A stretch of 64,000 bases of DNA from Chiloscyllium plagiosum (lineage: Eukaryota). Under the pieces are notes generated by a model. That model did no database searches and was not told where the DNA came from. It saw only the letters and a program-made list of their open reading frames with translations. Both the position numbers and the translations under genes were made by a program. Each line of letters begins with the position of its first letter. Within the stretch, counting starts at the first letter, position 1. Where the stretch lies: contig NC_057718.1 in the NCBI RefSeq assembly GCF_004010195.1, positions 67,052,732 through 67,116,731 on the forward strand. Direction: 5' to 3'. This document shows positions 51,479 through 64,000 of the stretch, in pieces.

Positions 51479-52172
51479 TTCCCTTTAGCTAGCTGAGGAA
51501 CCCAGCGGCAATGATGTATAAGAAATGTAGAACTGTCCAGCTACTCCAGGTCAACAAATCCGTCTTGCCTTCTCCATCAAAATAACATCTAAATTGAGCT
51601 TGCAGTTAACCTAAAGTCAGATGTTGACTTTTGAGCAGGTATGATATCTGTCAATATGAGAGTCAGTAAACTGGAGTGAAAGCAGTCTTTGTATGAGCCT
51701 TGTGTCTGTACTAAACAACAGGAAAGACACAAGTACTATAAGCCTTGTATGTCTGGCTAAGGAGGCACAGTGCAAAAAGGCAAGGCAAACCAATGCAAGG
51801 CAGGGATACTATGAGCGTGCAGGTAGGATCACACTGAGTCAGCACTAAAGTCGTAGAGTCATACTGCATGGAAAAACACCTTCACTCCAATCATTCCTTG
51901 CTGATTGTAAACTAAACTAGTCCCACCTGCTTGTGATTAGCCTATATCCCTCCAAATATTTCGTATTCATATACTTATAATTAAAAGTTTTGAAATTTAA
52001 TGAAATATAGATAGAGAAAAGCTATTTATTTCCTCTGATGAAGATCTAAGAATAAGAGTAAAGTGAAGAATTTCAACAAAACAGACCAGTTTAACATCAA
52101 AAGGGATAACTCCCCTGTATTAAAAGTTGAATAAGATTTGAAAATAAGCGCGGACATTGCATTGCGCAAGTA

Positions 52173-52330
52173 CAGAATAACCTCAGTTAACTGAACATCA
52201 ATTATCCGAAGTTAGGATTATCTGAATAAGATCTCACCGTCCCATAAAAAAGTTATCTGTTATCCGAATAATCTGTTATCCAAACAAAATGCTCCCCATC
52301 TGTCTTGTTCTGATAATCAAGGTTGTTCTG
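52173..52330. mobile_element. Tc1/mariner-type MITE
   Basis: TA|cagaataacct ... aggttgttctg|TA terminal inverted repeats with TA TSD. Confidence 0.75.
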
Positions 52331-53246
52331 TAACTAGTTCTTTTTTCTTTTAACATTAGCAGCTGCAAATTCAGGCTGCCTATTCATTTAAATAACAGTA
52401 GAGTGCTGCCCAGTGCCAAATTTGTGCTGATTAGCTGCACATTTCAGTAAACAACCCAAGTCCTTTCAAAGCTAGAATCTCTGCATGATTAAAAGTCAGC
52501 CTCTGCTTTCTAAATAGGAATTCCATCTTCCCTGCAGCACATATCAACATACGAATTAGGGAATAGAACTAGATCATTTGGTCCTTTGAGCCTGCTCTGT
52601 CAGTTAATAGGATCATGACAGGTCTGTTTATGTTCCAAATGCCACATTCCCATCTATCTTCAATTATCTCTGACTCCCTTGCCTAATAAGAACCTGTCCT
52701 CTTACGCCTTAAAAATATTCAGTGACCTGCACCTCCATTCTGAGGCTGAGAGTTCCAAAGTCAACCAGCCCTTCTTAATTCTGTCTTGGCATAGTGTCGC
52801 AGTTCAGAACTCAACCAAAACAGTTAGAATTCTTTTCATGTCCATTTTGTTAAGACTATTCAAGATCTTATTAACATCAATCAAATCACCACAGAATCTT
52901 TTCAACTCCAATGAAAACATGCTGAGCCTGTCTAACCTTTCCTCAACACACAACCTGTTCAAACCATTGTTATTTACTCCAAATAACACTTAAAACTGGT
53001 CAAATAACACCACGCTGAATCTGCCAAGCATAGAACTTATTCAAGCATCCTGCTATAAAGCAGACTCTAACATTTTTCCCACGACAGACATTAAGCTAAC
53101 AGGCTTGTTCTTTCTTGTTTTTATTTCTCTCTCCCATTCTGAATACAATAAAAGTTATATTCACAACTTTCCAATCGATGGGACCATTCCACAAGCAAAT
53201 TTGGTATGGAAACTTAAAACCAATGCATCAACTATCTCAATAGACA

Positions 53247-53570
53247 AGGCAGCATGGTGGCTCAGTGGTTAGCACTGCTGACTTGGGTTTGATTCCAGCC
53301 TCGGGCGATTGTCTGTATGGAGTTTGCACATTCTCCCTGTGTCTGCATGGGTTTCCTCGAGGTGCTTCGGTTTCCTCTTCCAAGGATGTCCAGGTTAGAT
53401 GAATTGGCCATTTGAAATTGCCCATAGTGTTCAGGGATGTGTAGGGTAGGTGTATTAGGCAGGGGAAGTGTAGGGTAGGGGAATGGGCCTGGCTGGGTTA
53501 CTCTTCAGAGTGTCGGTGTAGACTGGTTGGGCCAAATGGACTGCTTCCACACTGTAGGGATTCTATGATT
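53247..53570 (+). mobile_element. HE1-type SINE
   Basis: ggtggctcagtggttagcactgctg head, V-domain and gattctat tail. Confidence 0.88.
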
Positions 53571-53887
53571 CCAGGTATCAATCTCGCAAAATTTCTCTGA
53601 ATCATCTTCAATGCATTTACATCCTTCCTTAAATAAGGAGACCAAAATTGTACACAGTATTCGAGATGTAGCCTCACAAATGACCTGTTTAAACATTAGA
53701 TCCTTACCTATATGTTTAATTCCTCTCGTGATAAAGGCTAGCATTCCATGAGCTTTTCTTATTATGAACTGTACCTTCATACTAAGCTTTTGTGTCTTAT
53801 GCACTACAATACCTAAAGTTCTGCACTTCAAAATTCTGCAGTCATTCTTGATTTAAGTAATATTCTGCTTTTTTATTCTTCCTGCCA

Positions 53888-54208
53888 AAGTAGTTAGCAC
53901 TGCTGCCTCACAGCACCAGGGACATGGATTCAGTTCCAGCCTTGGATCTGTGTGAAGTTTGCATACTCTCCCCATGTCTGCACAGGTTCCCGCTGGATGC
54001 TCTGGATTCTTCCCACAATCCAAAGATGTGTAGGTTAGGTGCAATGGCCACACTCATTTTTCCCTGTAGTGTCCAGGGATGTGCAGGCTAGCTGGATTAG
54101 CCACGGTAAATGTGCACTTACATGGATCAGGTGGGATGCTCTTTGGAGGGGAAGTGAAGATTCAATGGGCTGAATGGCCTCTTTCCGCACTATGATTCTC
54201 TGATTCTA
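53888..54208 (+). mobile_element. HE1-type SINE
   Basis: gttagcactgctgcctcacagcaccagggac head and V-domain. Confidence 0.85.
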
Positions 54209-54390
54209 AATGAAAAACTTCACATTTTCCTACATTATATTTGATTTTCCAGATGTTAGCTCCTCACTTAACCTATTTACATTGGTCTACATTCTTATTA
54301 TGTAATCTCCACAACCTACTCGTCTTTGTCTTATCTGAAACTTTAGCCACCATGCCTTTAATCCTCTCACTTTTGTCATTAAGGCTGAGG

Positions 54391-54569
54391 CAAAAGTGAG
54401 GACTGCAGATGCTGAAAACCAGAGTTTAGATCAGAGTGGTGCTGGAAAAGCACAGCTGGTCAGGCTGCATCCGAGGAGCAGGAAAATCGACGTTTCGGGC
54501 AAAAGCCCTTCATCAGGAATAGACGCAGGAAGCCTCCAGGGTGGAGAGATTTTCCTGCTCCTAGAATGC
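54391..54569 (-). mobile_element. PLE mini-insertion with an intact hammerhead-like core (54489-54518)
   Basis: TSD tcattaag(g/a)ctgagg at 54376-54390 and 54570-54584. Minus strand UUC-CUGAUGA-A-[GGGC uuuu GCCC]-GAAACGUC-GA. Short inverted piece at 54549-54569. Confidence 0.88.
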
Positions 54570-55077
54570 TCATTAAGACTGAGGGCCCAGTGCAAACTCC
54601 TTCAGAACCCTACTCTTTGCATTATGCTAGAAAGAAAAGAATCCCATTTATTTGTATTTTATGATTTCTACCAGCCAGCCAAATCTTCTATTCATACTAG
54701 TGTGTTACCCTCCCACCCAAACAGAGTGCCAGGAGTTCCTGTTTTGTGCAATGAATTTTTTTATATGATGTCTTGGGAAACACTTTCTAGAAATCCAAGT
54801 GCAGTACATTAATGGGGTCCTTCCATCCACAGCGAGTTACTCTTTCAAAGAATTCCAATAAATTGGTAAAACAGGATTACCCTTCCATAAAACTGTGCTG
54901 ACACTTCTTGATTATCTTGAGTTTTGCCAAGTGACCAGTTATAACATCTTTAAAGGTTGATACACCTTTCCCTGAACTTATATCCAGCCAACTGGCCTAT
55001 GGTTTCCTGCTTACTGTTTCCCACCCTTTTTAAAGAGATAGCTTGCTCAGTATTGCTTCTCTCATGATCATAATTTC

Positions 55078-55272
55078 ACAGAATCATAGAATCCCTACAG
55101 TGTGGAAACAGACCCTTCTGCCCAGCAAGTCCATTCTGACCCCTCCGAAGAGTATCCCGACCAGATCTCCATTCCCCTCTACATTTACCCCTGACTAATG
55201 CACCTAACCTACACATCCCTGAACACTACGGGCAATTTAGCATGGCCAATTCACCTGACCTAAACATCTTTG
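55078..55272 (-). mobile_element. HE1-type SINE 3' half
   Basis: agaatccctacagtgtggaaacag...ggcaatttagcatggccaattcacct. Confidence 0.85.
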
Positions 55273-55464
55273 AATTTTCACCAAGTCCCTGTGTTCCTAT
55301 AGCTGTTGGATGTGGCTGCTGAAGACATTCTGTCTTCCAGAACAGTACAAATTATGGAAAATGGCAAAGAGTGCCTCAGGGTGCTCTGAGGTGCACCACA
55401 GACCTTGAAATAAGAAGTGGTTATTTATGCCTCGGAAACATGTAGCGATAGCAGACAGAGCCTG

Positions 55465-55942
55465 GATGGCATTGTGGCACAGTGGTTAGTAATGCTGCCT
55501 CACAATGCTTGACAGTTGGGTTCAATAGGAGAAAGTGAGGACTGCAGATGCTTGAGGTCAGAGCTGAAAATGTGTTGCTGGAAAAGCGTAGCAGGTCAGG
55601 CAGCATCCAAGGAGCAGGAGAATTGACATTTCGGGCATGAACCCTTCTTCAGTTGGGTTCAATTCCAGGCTTGGTTAACTGCCTGTATGGAGTTTGTACA
55701 TTGTCCTGTGTATGTTTTGCCTGCATGCTCTGGTTTCCTCCCATAGTCCAAAGATGTGCATGTTAGGTGCATTGGCCATTTTAAATTACGCTGTAGTGTC
55801 CATATGCAGGTTAGGTGGATTAGTCATAATAAATGTTGGGTTACAGGGATAGGGGGAGTGGGCTTGAATAGGATGCTCTTTAGGGGTTAATGCAGACTCA
55901 TTGTGGCAAATGGCCTCTTTCTGCACAGTCGGGATTCTATGA
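55465..55942 (+). mobile_element. HE1-type SINE interrupted at its B box by a PLE mini-element (55527-55649, -)
   Basis: TSD cagttgggttcaat at 55513-55526 and 55650-55663. Confidence 0.88.
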
Positions 55943-56683
55943 AGCCAGGTAAACAGAACAGCTGCTGAAGAAAGTACCTGGTTTTCCCTAACTGTGTGGT
56001 CTGTATTCAGACAGTGGAGGCTGAGGTTGCACTGCAAACTGAAGTCTGTAAGACTGTAATTAGGTAAAATATTAAATTTCCTTGATGCAACCCATCAAGC
56101 TGACTCACTGTTAAAAACTACCAGCTTAGACTGCTCATAGTGAAGCTGAGACAGGAACAGTCCCTGAATGACAATACATGAAAAATGAAGTGCTGATGAG
56201 GTGATGAGAGCCTCTCACAGACCTGCAAATGAGGAGCACATGATAATCAATGAGATAGTGATACTGTGAGTAATATAGTGCAATATTTCAGCTAGCCAAT
56301 GAGGTTCTGATGGCTAGGTATGTCAATATACACAAAAAACACCTACACATCAACCAGCACTTTCACTGGGGCTACTGCTTCAAAGTAAGGTTTTGCAGAA
56401 CCTGGTGTACTGGTCAGATTGTGAAAAAATTCCACTCTGCAATAAAACCTGTCCACTTCCAACAAAGTGTTAGTGGACTGTGTGGTATGCCTTCCCAAAA
56501 CCAAGAAGTGGCTACCTATTAGTAAGAGGCTGTTACCACATATCAAGTACTTAAATAACATGTCCAAAACATTTCAGGAAGTCAAGGGCAGTCTAGGTGC
56601 AACCCAGCAGAAATCTTTAGCATATCATTTGCAGGGCACAATCATGGTCCCACTAGATTCTAAAAACAATGATTAGGGCATGT

Positions 56684-59600
56684 CTATGAGTGGGAGGATA
56701 AAGATCCAGTGGTCGTGGTCCACGTAGTCACCAATGACATAGATAAAAGTAGGGGAGAGATCCTGCTAAGGCAGTATGAACAGCTAGGAGCTAAATGGAA
56801 AAGCAGAACCAAAAAGGTAATACTCACTGAATTATTACCTGAGCCATGACCCAATTGACACAAGGTCATGCATGGCTCTAAGATTAGCGGGGGAGAAATG
56901 GGTTTGAATTCATGCGACATTGGCACCAGTACTGGGGGAGAAGAGATCTATTCCAATGGGATGGTCTTCATCTGAACCATGCTGGGACCAGAGTTGTAGT
57001 GAATTACATAATGAGGGCTGGAGACAGGGCTTTAAACTAAATGTGGAGGGAAAGGTTCTGTTATAGGGGAAATTAGAAAACTCAAAGGAGGAGGTAAGAG
57101 TGTAGAACTCAGGAGTGATTGTTAAAATCTCCAGGACAAACACAAATAGGGCAGAGTGTATGGAAAGGGTTAGCAATCAAACTTCAAGCACACTGGACAA
57201 ACGACTGACAATGAGAAGAAGGACGATTAATACAGCACTGAAGGTGTTATATCTGAATGCACACAGTATAAGGAATAAGGTGAATGAGCTTGTGGCACCG
57301 ATTGAAATTGGCCGATATGACATAGTGGGCATCACGGAGACATGGCTGCAAAGAGATCAGGTTTGGGAATTGAATATCCAAGGATATACATTCTATTGAA
57401 AAGATAGGTCATTGGGCAGAGGGGGTGGCGTTGTCTTATTGGTAAGAAATGAAATTAAATCAATAGTAAGGAACAAAGTAAGGTCAGATGGTGTAGAATC
57501 TGCATGGGGAGAACTGAGAAACTGCAAAGGTGAAAAAAACCATAGTTGGAGTTATGTACAGCCATCCAAATAATAGTCAGGAGCTGGGGCACAAGATACA
57601 CCAGGAGATAGAAAAGATGTGTAGGAAAGGCAAAGTTGCAGTGATCGTGCGGGATTTCAATATGCAGGTGGACTGGGAAAATCAGATTGGTGGTGAATTG
57701 CAAAAAAAGGAATTTATGGAACGTCTGCAAGGAGCACCTTGTTAGAATTAGAATTCCTACAGTGTGGAAACAGACCCTTCAGCCCAACAAGTCCATAGCG
57801 ACCCGCTGAAGAGTAACCCACCCAGACCTCTACCCTATATTTACCCCTGAATAACACACCTAACCTACACATCCCAGAACACTATAGGCAATTTAACATG
57901 ACCAATTCATCTAACCTGTGCATCTTTGGACTGTGGGAGGAAACCCACTCAGACATGGGGAGAATGTGCAAACTCCACACAGTCAGTCACCCAAGGCTGG
58001 ATTTGAACCCAGGTCCCTGGTGCTGCGAGGCAGCAGTACTAACCACTGAGCCACTCGACCAGCTTGTGCTTGAACCCACTAGGAAACAGGCTTGTAGTGT
58101 TGTGCAATGAGGCACACTTGAATCAGGGAGTTTAAGATGAAGGAACCCTTAGGAGGCAGCGATCATAATATGAATACATTTACTCTGCAGTTTGAGAGAG
58201 AGAAGATAGAATCATAGGTAACGGTATTACAGTTGAATAAAGGCAAGTACAGAGGTATTAGGGAGGAGCTGGGCAGAATTAACTGGGAGATGACCCTAGC
58301 AGGAAAGACAGTGGAATAGCAATGGCTGGTTCTGGGAGTTATTCAGGAGTCACAGCAGAGACTCATCCCGAGGTAAATGAAATGTGGTACAGAGAGGATA
58401 AGGCAACCCTGGCTGACAAAGGAAGTCAGGCGTGGAATTAAAGCAAAAGAGAAAGCATATAATTGGCAAAGGGCAGTGGGAATCCAAAGGATTAGAAGCT
58501 TACAAAGACCAACAGGGGACAACAAAAATAGAAATAAGGAGGGGGAAGATTACATATGAGGGGAAGCTAGCCAGTAATATAAAGGAAAACTGCAAGAGTT
58601 TCTTTAGATATATAAAGGGCAAAAAAGAGGCATTGGGCTGCTGGAAATTGACACTGGAGAGATAGTAGTGGGAAAACAGGAAAAGACTGTGGAATTGAAT
58701 AATTACTTTGCGCCAGTCTTCACAGTGGAAGACAGGAGTAATATCCCAAAAATTCAAGAAAGTGAGGGAGCAGAACTAACTATGGTGGCCATCACCAAAA
58801 AGAAGGTGCTAGAAAAACTGAATGGTCTGAAGGTGGATAAATCACCTGCACCAGATGGACTACATCCCAGAGTTCTAAGGGAGATAGTGGAAGAGATAGT
58901 GGAGGCATTAGCGGTGATCTTTCAGGAATCGCTAGAATCAGGGAAGGTCCCAGAGGACTGGAAAATCATTAATGTGACGCCCCTGTTTAAAAAAGGACTA
59001 AGGTAAACAATGGAAAATGACAGACTGATTAGCCTAACCTCGGTCATGGGTAAGATCCTGGAATCCATTGTGAAGGATGAGATTTCAGAATACTTGGAAG
59101 TGTATGGTAAATTAGGGCAAAGACAGCATGGTTTCATCAAGGGATTGGCATGCCTGACAAATTTGCTAGAATTCTTTGAGGAAGTAATGACCAAAGAGAA
59201 CCAATGGATGTTACCTACCTGGACTTCAAGAAGGCCTTTGACAAGGTGCCCCAAGGAGGCTACTGATTAAAATAAGGGCCCATGGTGCTAGCATGGACAG
59301 AAGCTTGGCTGTCTGGCAAAAAGCAAAGAGTGAGGATAAAAGGATTTTTCTCAGGATGGCAACCACAAGACTCAGTGTTGGAACCATAACTTTTCCCTTT
59401 ATATGTTAACAATCTGATGAAGGAACTGAGGGCATTCTGGCTAAGTTTGCAGATAATACAAAGATAGGTAGAGGGACAGGTAGCATTGAGGATGTGGGAG
59501 GCTGCAGAAAGATTTGGTCAAGTTAGGAAAATGGGCAAAGAAGTGGCAGATGGAGTACAGTGTGGGAAAATGTGAGGTCATGCAATTTGGTAAGAAAAGT

Positions 59601-60343
59601 AGAGGCATGGACTATTTTCTAAATGGGGAGGAAATTCAGAAGTCTGAAATGCAAAAAGACTTGGGAGTTCTAGTCCAGGATTCTCTCAAGGTAAACTTGC
59701 AGGTTGAGTCAGTTGTTAGGAAGGCAAATGCAATGATGGCATTTATTTTAAGAACACTGGAATATAAAAGCAGGGATGTACTTCTGAAACTTTATAAGGC
59801 TCTGGTCAGATAACATTTAGAGTATTGTGAGCCCCATATCTTAGGAAGGATATATTATTGGCCCTGAGCATGTTCACAGGAGGTTCACGAGAATGATCCT
59901 GGGAATGAAAAGCTTAATATATGAGGATGCTGGGTTTAAACTCGATGGAGTTTAGAAGGATAAGGGAGATCTAATTGAAACATACAGAATACTGAATGGC
60001 CTGGAGAGAGTAGATGTTTCCATTGGCAAGAGAGACTAGGACCCAAGGGCACAGCCTTAAAGCAAAGAGAAGACTTCTTAGAATGGAGAAAAGGAAAAAC
60101 TTCTTCAGTCAGAGAGAAAGTGGTGAATCTATGGAATTCATTACCACAGAAGGCTATGGAGGCCAGGTCACTGAGTATAGTTAAGACAGAGATGGATAGG
60201 TTCTTGAGTAGCAAGGGGAACAAGGATTATGGGGAGAAAGCTGGAGAATGGAGTTGAGAAACATATCAGCCATGATTGAATGGCAGAGCAGACTCGATGG
60301 GCTGAATGCCCTAATTTCTGCTCCTATGTCTTATGGTCTTATG
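56684..60343 (+). mobile_element. Long decayed CR1 LINE (ORF1 esterase to 3' tail), same family as 25088-28042
   Basis: PVVVVHVVTNDI, LKVLYLNAHSIRNK, VGITETWL, KSPAPDGLHPRVL, QHGF, WAKKWQMEY and tcttatggtcttatg tail. Confidence 0.92.
57742..58055 (-). mobile_element. HE1-type SINE inserted in the CR1 endonuclease
   Basis: Reverse complement of gtggctcagtggttagtactgctgcctc..gggttcaaatcc, V-domain and tail. Confidence 0.9.
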
Positions 60344-60489
60344 CCCATGATTGGGGTAAAGGACTCACCAATGAGTCTACCCATTTTATTTGATTTGAAT
60401 TAACCAAGCATGAAGGCATCTGAAACTAAACAAGGAACAGTTTTTGGAACAGAAAGCTATGTCTCCTTGTGGAGCAGAGTTTGAAGAGT

Positions 60490-61510
60490 GACATTTGCAA
60501 GCCTATGAACACTTGAAAATCTTCTAGATAGTTATGAACAAAACAGGTAAACAAACATGCCAGGAGCCAAACCTTTTAGCTAGGAGATATATATTTGTGT
60601 TCCTACCAGTATTAGGTGATCCCTCAAAAGCTTGGTTAATGGCCTACATAGAGTAGCCAGGAAAGCTCAGGGAAGTGAATTAACTGATTGAGAGTTCAGA
60701 TTCGGAAAGACAGCAAAGACTGTATCATGTCAACATGATAAATCAATACCACCACTGAGAAAAGATATCGAGATAATGGTCTGTCCTGTTACCCTGACCA
60801 AAAGGATGAGGGTAGCAGCAGGGAGGAATTGGAAGTTTTCATGGGTGAGACCCATATTGAACTTGCTACCACACAGCTAATCAGCACCTAAATAATGGCA
60901 AGCTTAAACTCCTTATTCACTCACCGAGGGGCAGAACAGAGGGCAGACTTGATGAGATTGCTCACAATACCTAAGACTCAAATGATCCATCAGTGCACAG
61001 TGGGCTAAAGAGGAATACTGGCTAGAACTGAAAAAAAAAATACAAGCATTTGCACAGTTCCTCATTCTCACAACATAATGGGAAATCATATGGTTCTTGG
61101 GAACATGTGGGTTCTACTGAAGGCCATTTTAATCAATGAATCTGTGCTTGTAGCTCCAAACTATAACCAGCAGTTGCTTTAGAAATTCAACTCCTGAATT
61201 AAGAGATCTATCTGGCTGTTCTCCAAAAATCTAAACAAGTATTAGAAATGGTACTCTACAAAAGAGAAGGAAATCATCAGTTTATTACAGACTTTCCAAC
61301 ATTTTGAATTATATGTCCAAAATGGATACAGAGAGATCAGATTCTTTTCTGGCCACAACCCATTAACTTTTGTGGAAATGTTTGAGACCCAGAATGCCAT
61401 TTGAGTACTTTCTTCAACTGCACCACTTAAACATCACCCATTGTCAGGAAATCAAATATAATTGCAGACAACCTAACCAGAACTTAAAGATACCTGGTTT
61501 GAACTGAAAA
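60490..61510 (+). mobile_element. Gypsy LTR retrotransposon pol remnant in Gmr1-like order (integrase before RNase H)
   Basis: ~60580-60750 has the integrase C-terminal pattern LPVLGDP..EVN*LI..RLYHVNMINQY. ~61215-61385 has the RNase H pattern FSKNLNK..YSTKEKEIISLLQTFQHFELYV..HNPLTF. A purine tract precedes TGTTATG at ~61606 (possible 3' LTR start). Confidence 0.65.
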
Positions 61511-63179
61511 GATAATGCTGACTCAAGGTTAGAGGAATTAATGTGTGTTTGTTGTTTTATTTTGGTTCTTCTCCATAAATGAATCTTATTGTCATGCAGG
61601 GGAAGTGTTATGACACGAGATCATTATGTCAGATCACGGATGGGCATACTGAGCTTTAAATTGCAAAAAAAAGTCTGATTTTTTTTAGAAAGGTGACTGG
61701 ATGTAAATTCAGTGGTTGCCTGGAGAGAAATTTGTGAATGTTATACCAGTACAGAGTTAAGGAATATTTAAATGGAAAAACGAAGAAGGAAGAGATAACA
61801 CGATCACAAACTCACTATTGCAGGAGGAGGCCTACTTCTCTGACATGTTTCTACAACAAAGTGCTGGGTATAAAGTAAATGTAGCCCTGATTTATGTTTG
61901 TGCCCTGACTTTGAAGTGTGTGGACTAGTGTGCAATGAAGGTCACAACGTTGAGAACAGTTGTTAAATACTCTCACAATGCAGATGAAGAAAAGGAAAAG
62001 ACACTGTCGCTGTCTGAGTACTACCACCCAGCCACTGTCCAAAATAACCAGGACATCTTCTCCTCACATGATAGTTTAACAGTGTAAGATCACGTGTTTG
62101 GAACCATATTAGCAAACTTTGCCTCGCAGCTGATTGTAGCAATAAGTTTCAGCATATAATAATGACATAGGGACATGGAAATAGAATGTGCATATGACAT
62201 CGAGGAGCTGGTCAGCTGTGATCTAGAATGTCAGAACAGCTTTGTTGAGCTGAATGGCCTACTTATATCCTGCTGTAACTAAACTGAGCACCACAAATAA
62301 AACTCCCATCTCCACTTGGCTATCCCCTCATCTGACAACCCTCAGAAATGACCTGACTCTCTTCCACCACCCTCATGCCAAACCAACTTCCACCTCCTGC
62401 AAACATTCCTGACTCTACGATCTCCCCGACACAATGTTGACTCGTTTCTACCACAGTTCACAATGTGATCCACTGCTCACCCACTCATTCATCACATCTT
62501 TAATCCACTGAAAGGCATGGGGCTTCAACTGGGATCAGGACCGTATCATTAGTCTGGATAAAAGCTCCACAGGTTTGGAAAAGCTGGGCCACTTTTGGCA
62601 AGACTGCACAAAAATGCCTTCTACACAAACCTTTTATGAATCTCGTCTGTTATGATTTTCTTGAAGTCACTTTGAGATTTAATGCAGTTTCATATTCATG
62701 AAGCACAGCAGAATGCAAGCAGCATGTCAGAGACTTTAGGCATTACTGACATTAAACATTCAAAACTGCTAAATATTGAGATTAAAAAGTCAATGTACTG
62801 ACTTAAGTTAAACAGAGGTGTGAGTCAACTGCTTAAAGAGGCGCAGGGAAGCCACTGAACTTCAATGTAAGCAAATTTATAGTTCACCTTCTAAAAGATC
62901 ACAAAAGGTCCAAATGTTCATTCTGAGCAAAGGAAAATTTTAATTTTTGTATTCTTGTGTTTTTTTTATTTTCAATGAAGGCTTTCTCCCATTTACCCAA
63001 AGTCTGCTTTCTGTTTATGCAAAGGGACAATTTAGCATTAAACTAAAATCTTAATATTCCTAAGCTCCAGAATGATGGAAAGAAAACATCCCACCTAAAG
63101 GACTAAGAATTTGGGAAGAATCTCTGGGTGCAATTTTCCATTCCCTGAGGTGGCTGCTACAATGGTGAGTGAGACAATC

Positions 63180-63500
63180 TCATAGAGTCATAGAGATGTA
63201 CAGCATGGAAACAGACCCTTCGCTCCAACCCGTCCATGCCGACCGGATATCCCAACCCAATCTCGTCCCACCTGCCAGCATCTGGCCCATATCCCTCCAA
63301 ACCCCCTCCCCCCCCCCATTTCATATACCCATTTTAAATGTTGCCATGGTACTAGCCTCCACCACTTCCTCTGGGAGCTCATTCCACACACACCACCACC
63401 ACCGTCCGCGTGAAAAGTTGCCCCTTAGGTCTCTTTTATATCTTTCCCCTCTCACCCTGAATCTATGTCCTCTAGTTCTGTACTCCCCCATCCCAGAGTA
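63180..63500 (-). mobile_element. CR1 3' end
   Basis: Reverse complement of aaagatataaaagagacctaaggggcaacttttca, 3' UTR and (ctatgact)n tail. A similar smaller piece lies at 51850-51980. Confidence 0.85.
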
Positions 63501-64000
63501 AAAATCAGATTCACGCAGTCAAGATCAACTTTAACAATTAGTCCTTCCTCTTCAAGTGGCAAGACAAGTTTCTCACTATCACGTGGCAAGAAGCCTGCAT
63601 ACATCTATTTACATCTCATTCTTTAAATCGAGGTGCTCAATGTTTCAGAAACATTGTAAATTGCCCTCAACCTGAGGTCCTGTTCTATGTGGCTGCCCCA
63701 GTACAGCCAACCCATTTTCAACCATTCACACTTCTCCTTAGCATCACTGCTAATTGACTTGTCTGGAATTTCTTGTAAATTTATTCCAGATGAAGGACTG
63801 CAGTCAGTCAGGGCTGTTCTACAAAGTCTGTATGACCCTGTAGAAGCGGCTGGCACCTATGAGTGGTCCAGGATGTACAAGTTATGGCAGCTCCCTGGAT
63901 TCATAACACATTATCTGGCTGATGCAGGTCATAAATGATTTGAACATTGAGGACTAGAACAGTTACTGTTATGAAGACTAACAGTTCCTGACAAGGAACC

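Larger units (their letters stand above)
52540..55030 (-). mobile_element. Old CR1 remnants interspersed with younger SINE and PLE insertions
   Basis: EERLDRLSMFSLELKRFCGDLI and IIRKAHGMLAFITRGI. Confidence 0.7.

Noticed and set aside
63623..63938. Overlapping short ORFs at the window end
   Set aside because: No recognisable homology or convincing splice sites.

Overview
Repeat-rich, AT-rich vertebrate genomic DNA, almost certainly from a cartilaginous fish (HE1-type V-SINEs, Deu-domain SINEs and shark-type CR1 LINEs). Nearly all long ORFs are decayed transposon pieces: CR1, a second CR1/L2-group LINE, Rex1/Babar, RTE, Penelope-like elements (PLEs), a Gmr1-like Gypsy remnant, Harbinger remnants and Tc1/mariner-type MITEs. 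The only host exon I can support is a + strand terminal exon at 45116-45321. It encodes the second half of a divergent HCN-like cyclic-nucleotide-binding domain (CNBD), and I found none of the upstream exons in the window. The most notable non-coding signal is a set of minimal hammerhead-ribozyme-like motifs in at least three PLE families with different helix II sequences. The short PLE insertions have 9-15 bp target-site duplications (TSDs), frequent inversions or palindromes, and breakpoints clustered at the ribozyme core. Also present are a three-layer nested insertion, a 55-bp locally templated inverted copy inside a CR1, and a LINE with a Deu-SINE head. Family names come from motif recognition by eye, not from database searches.
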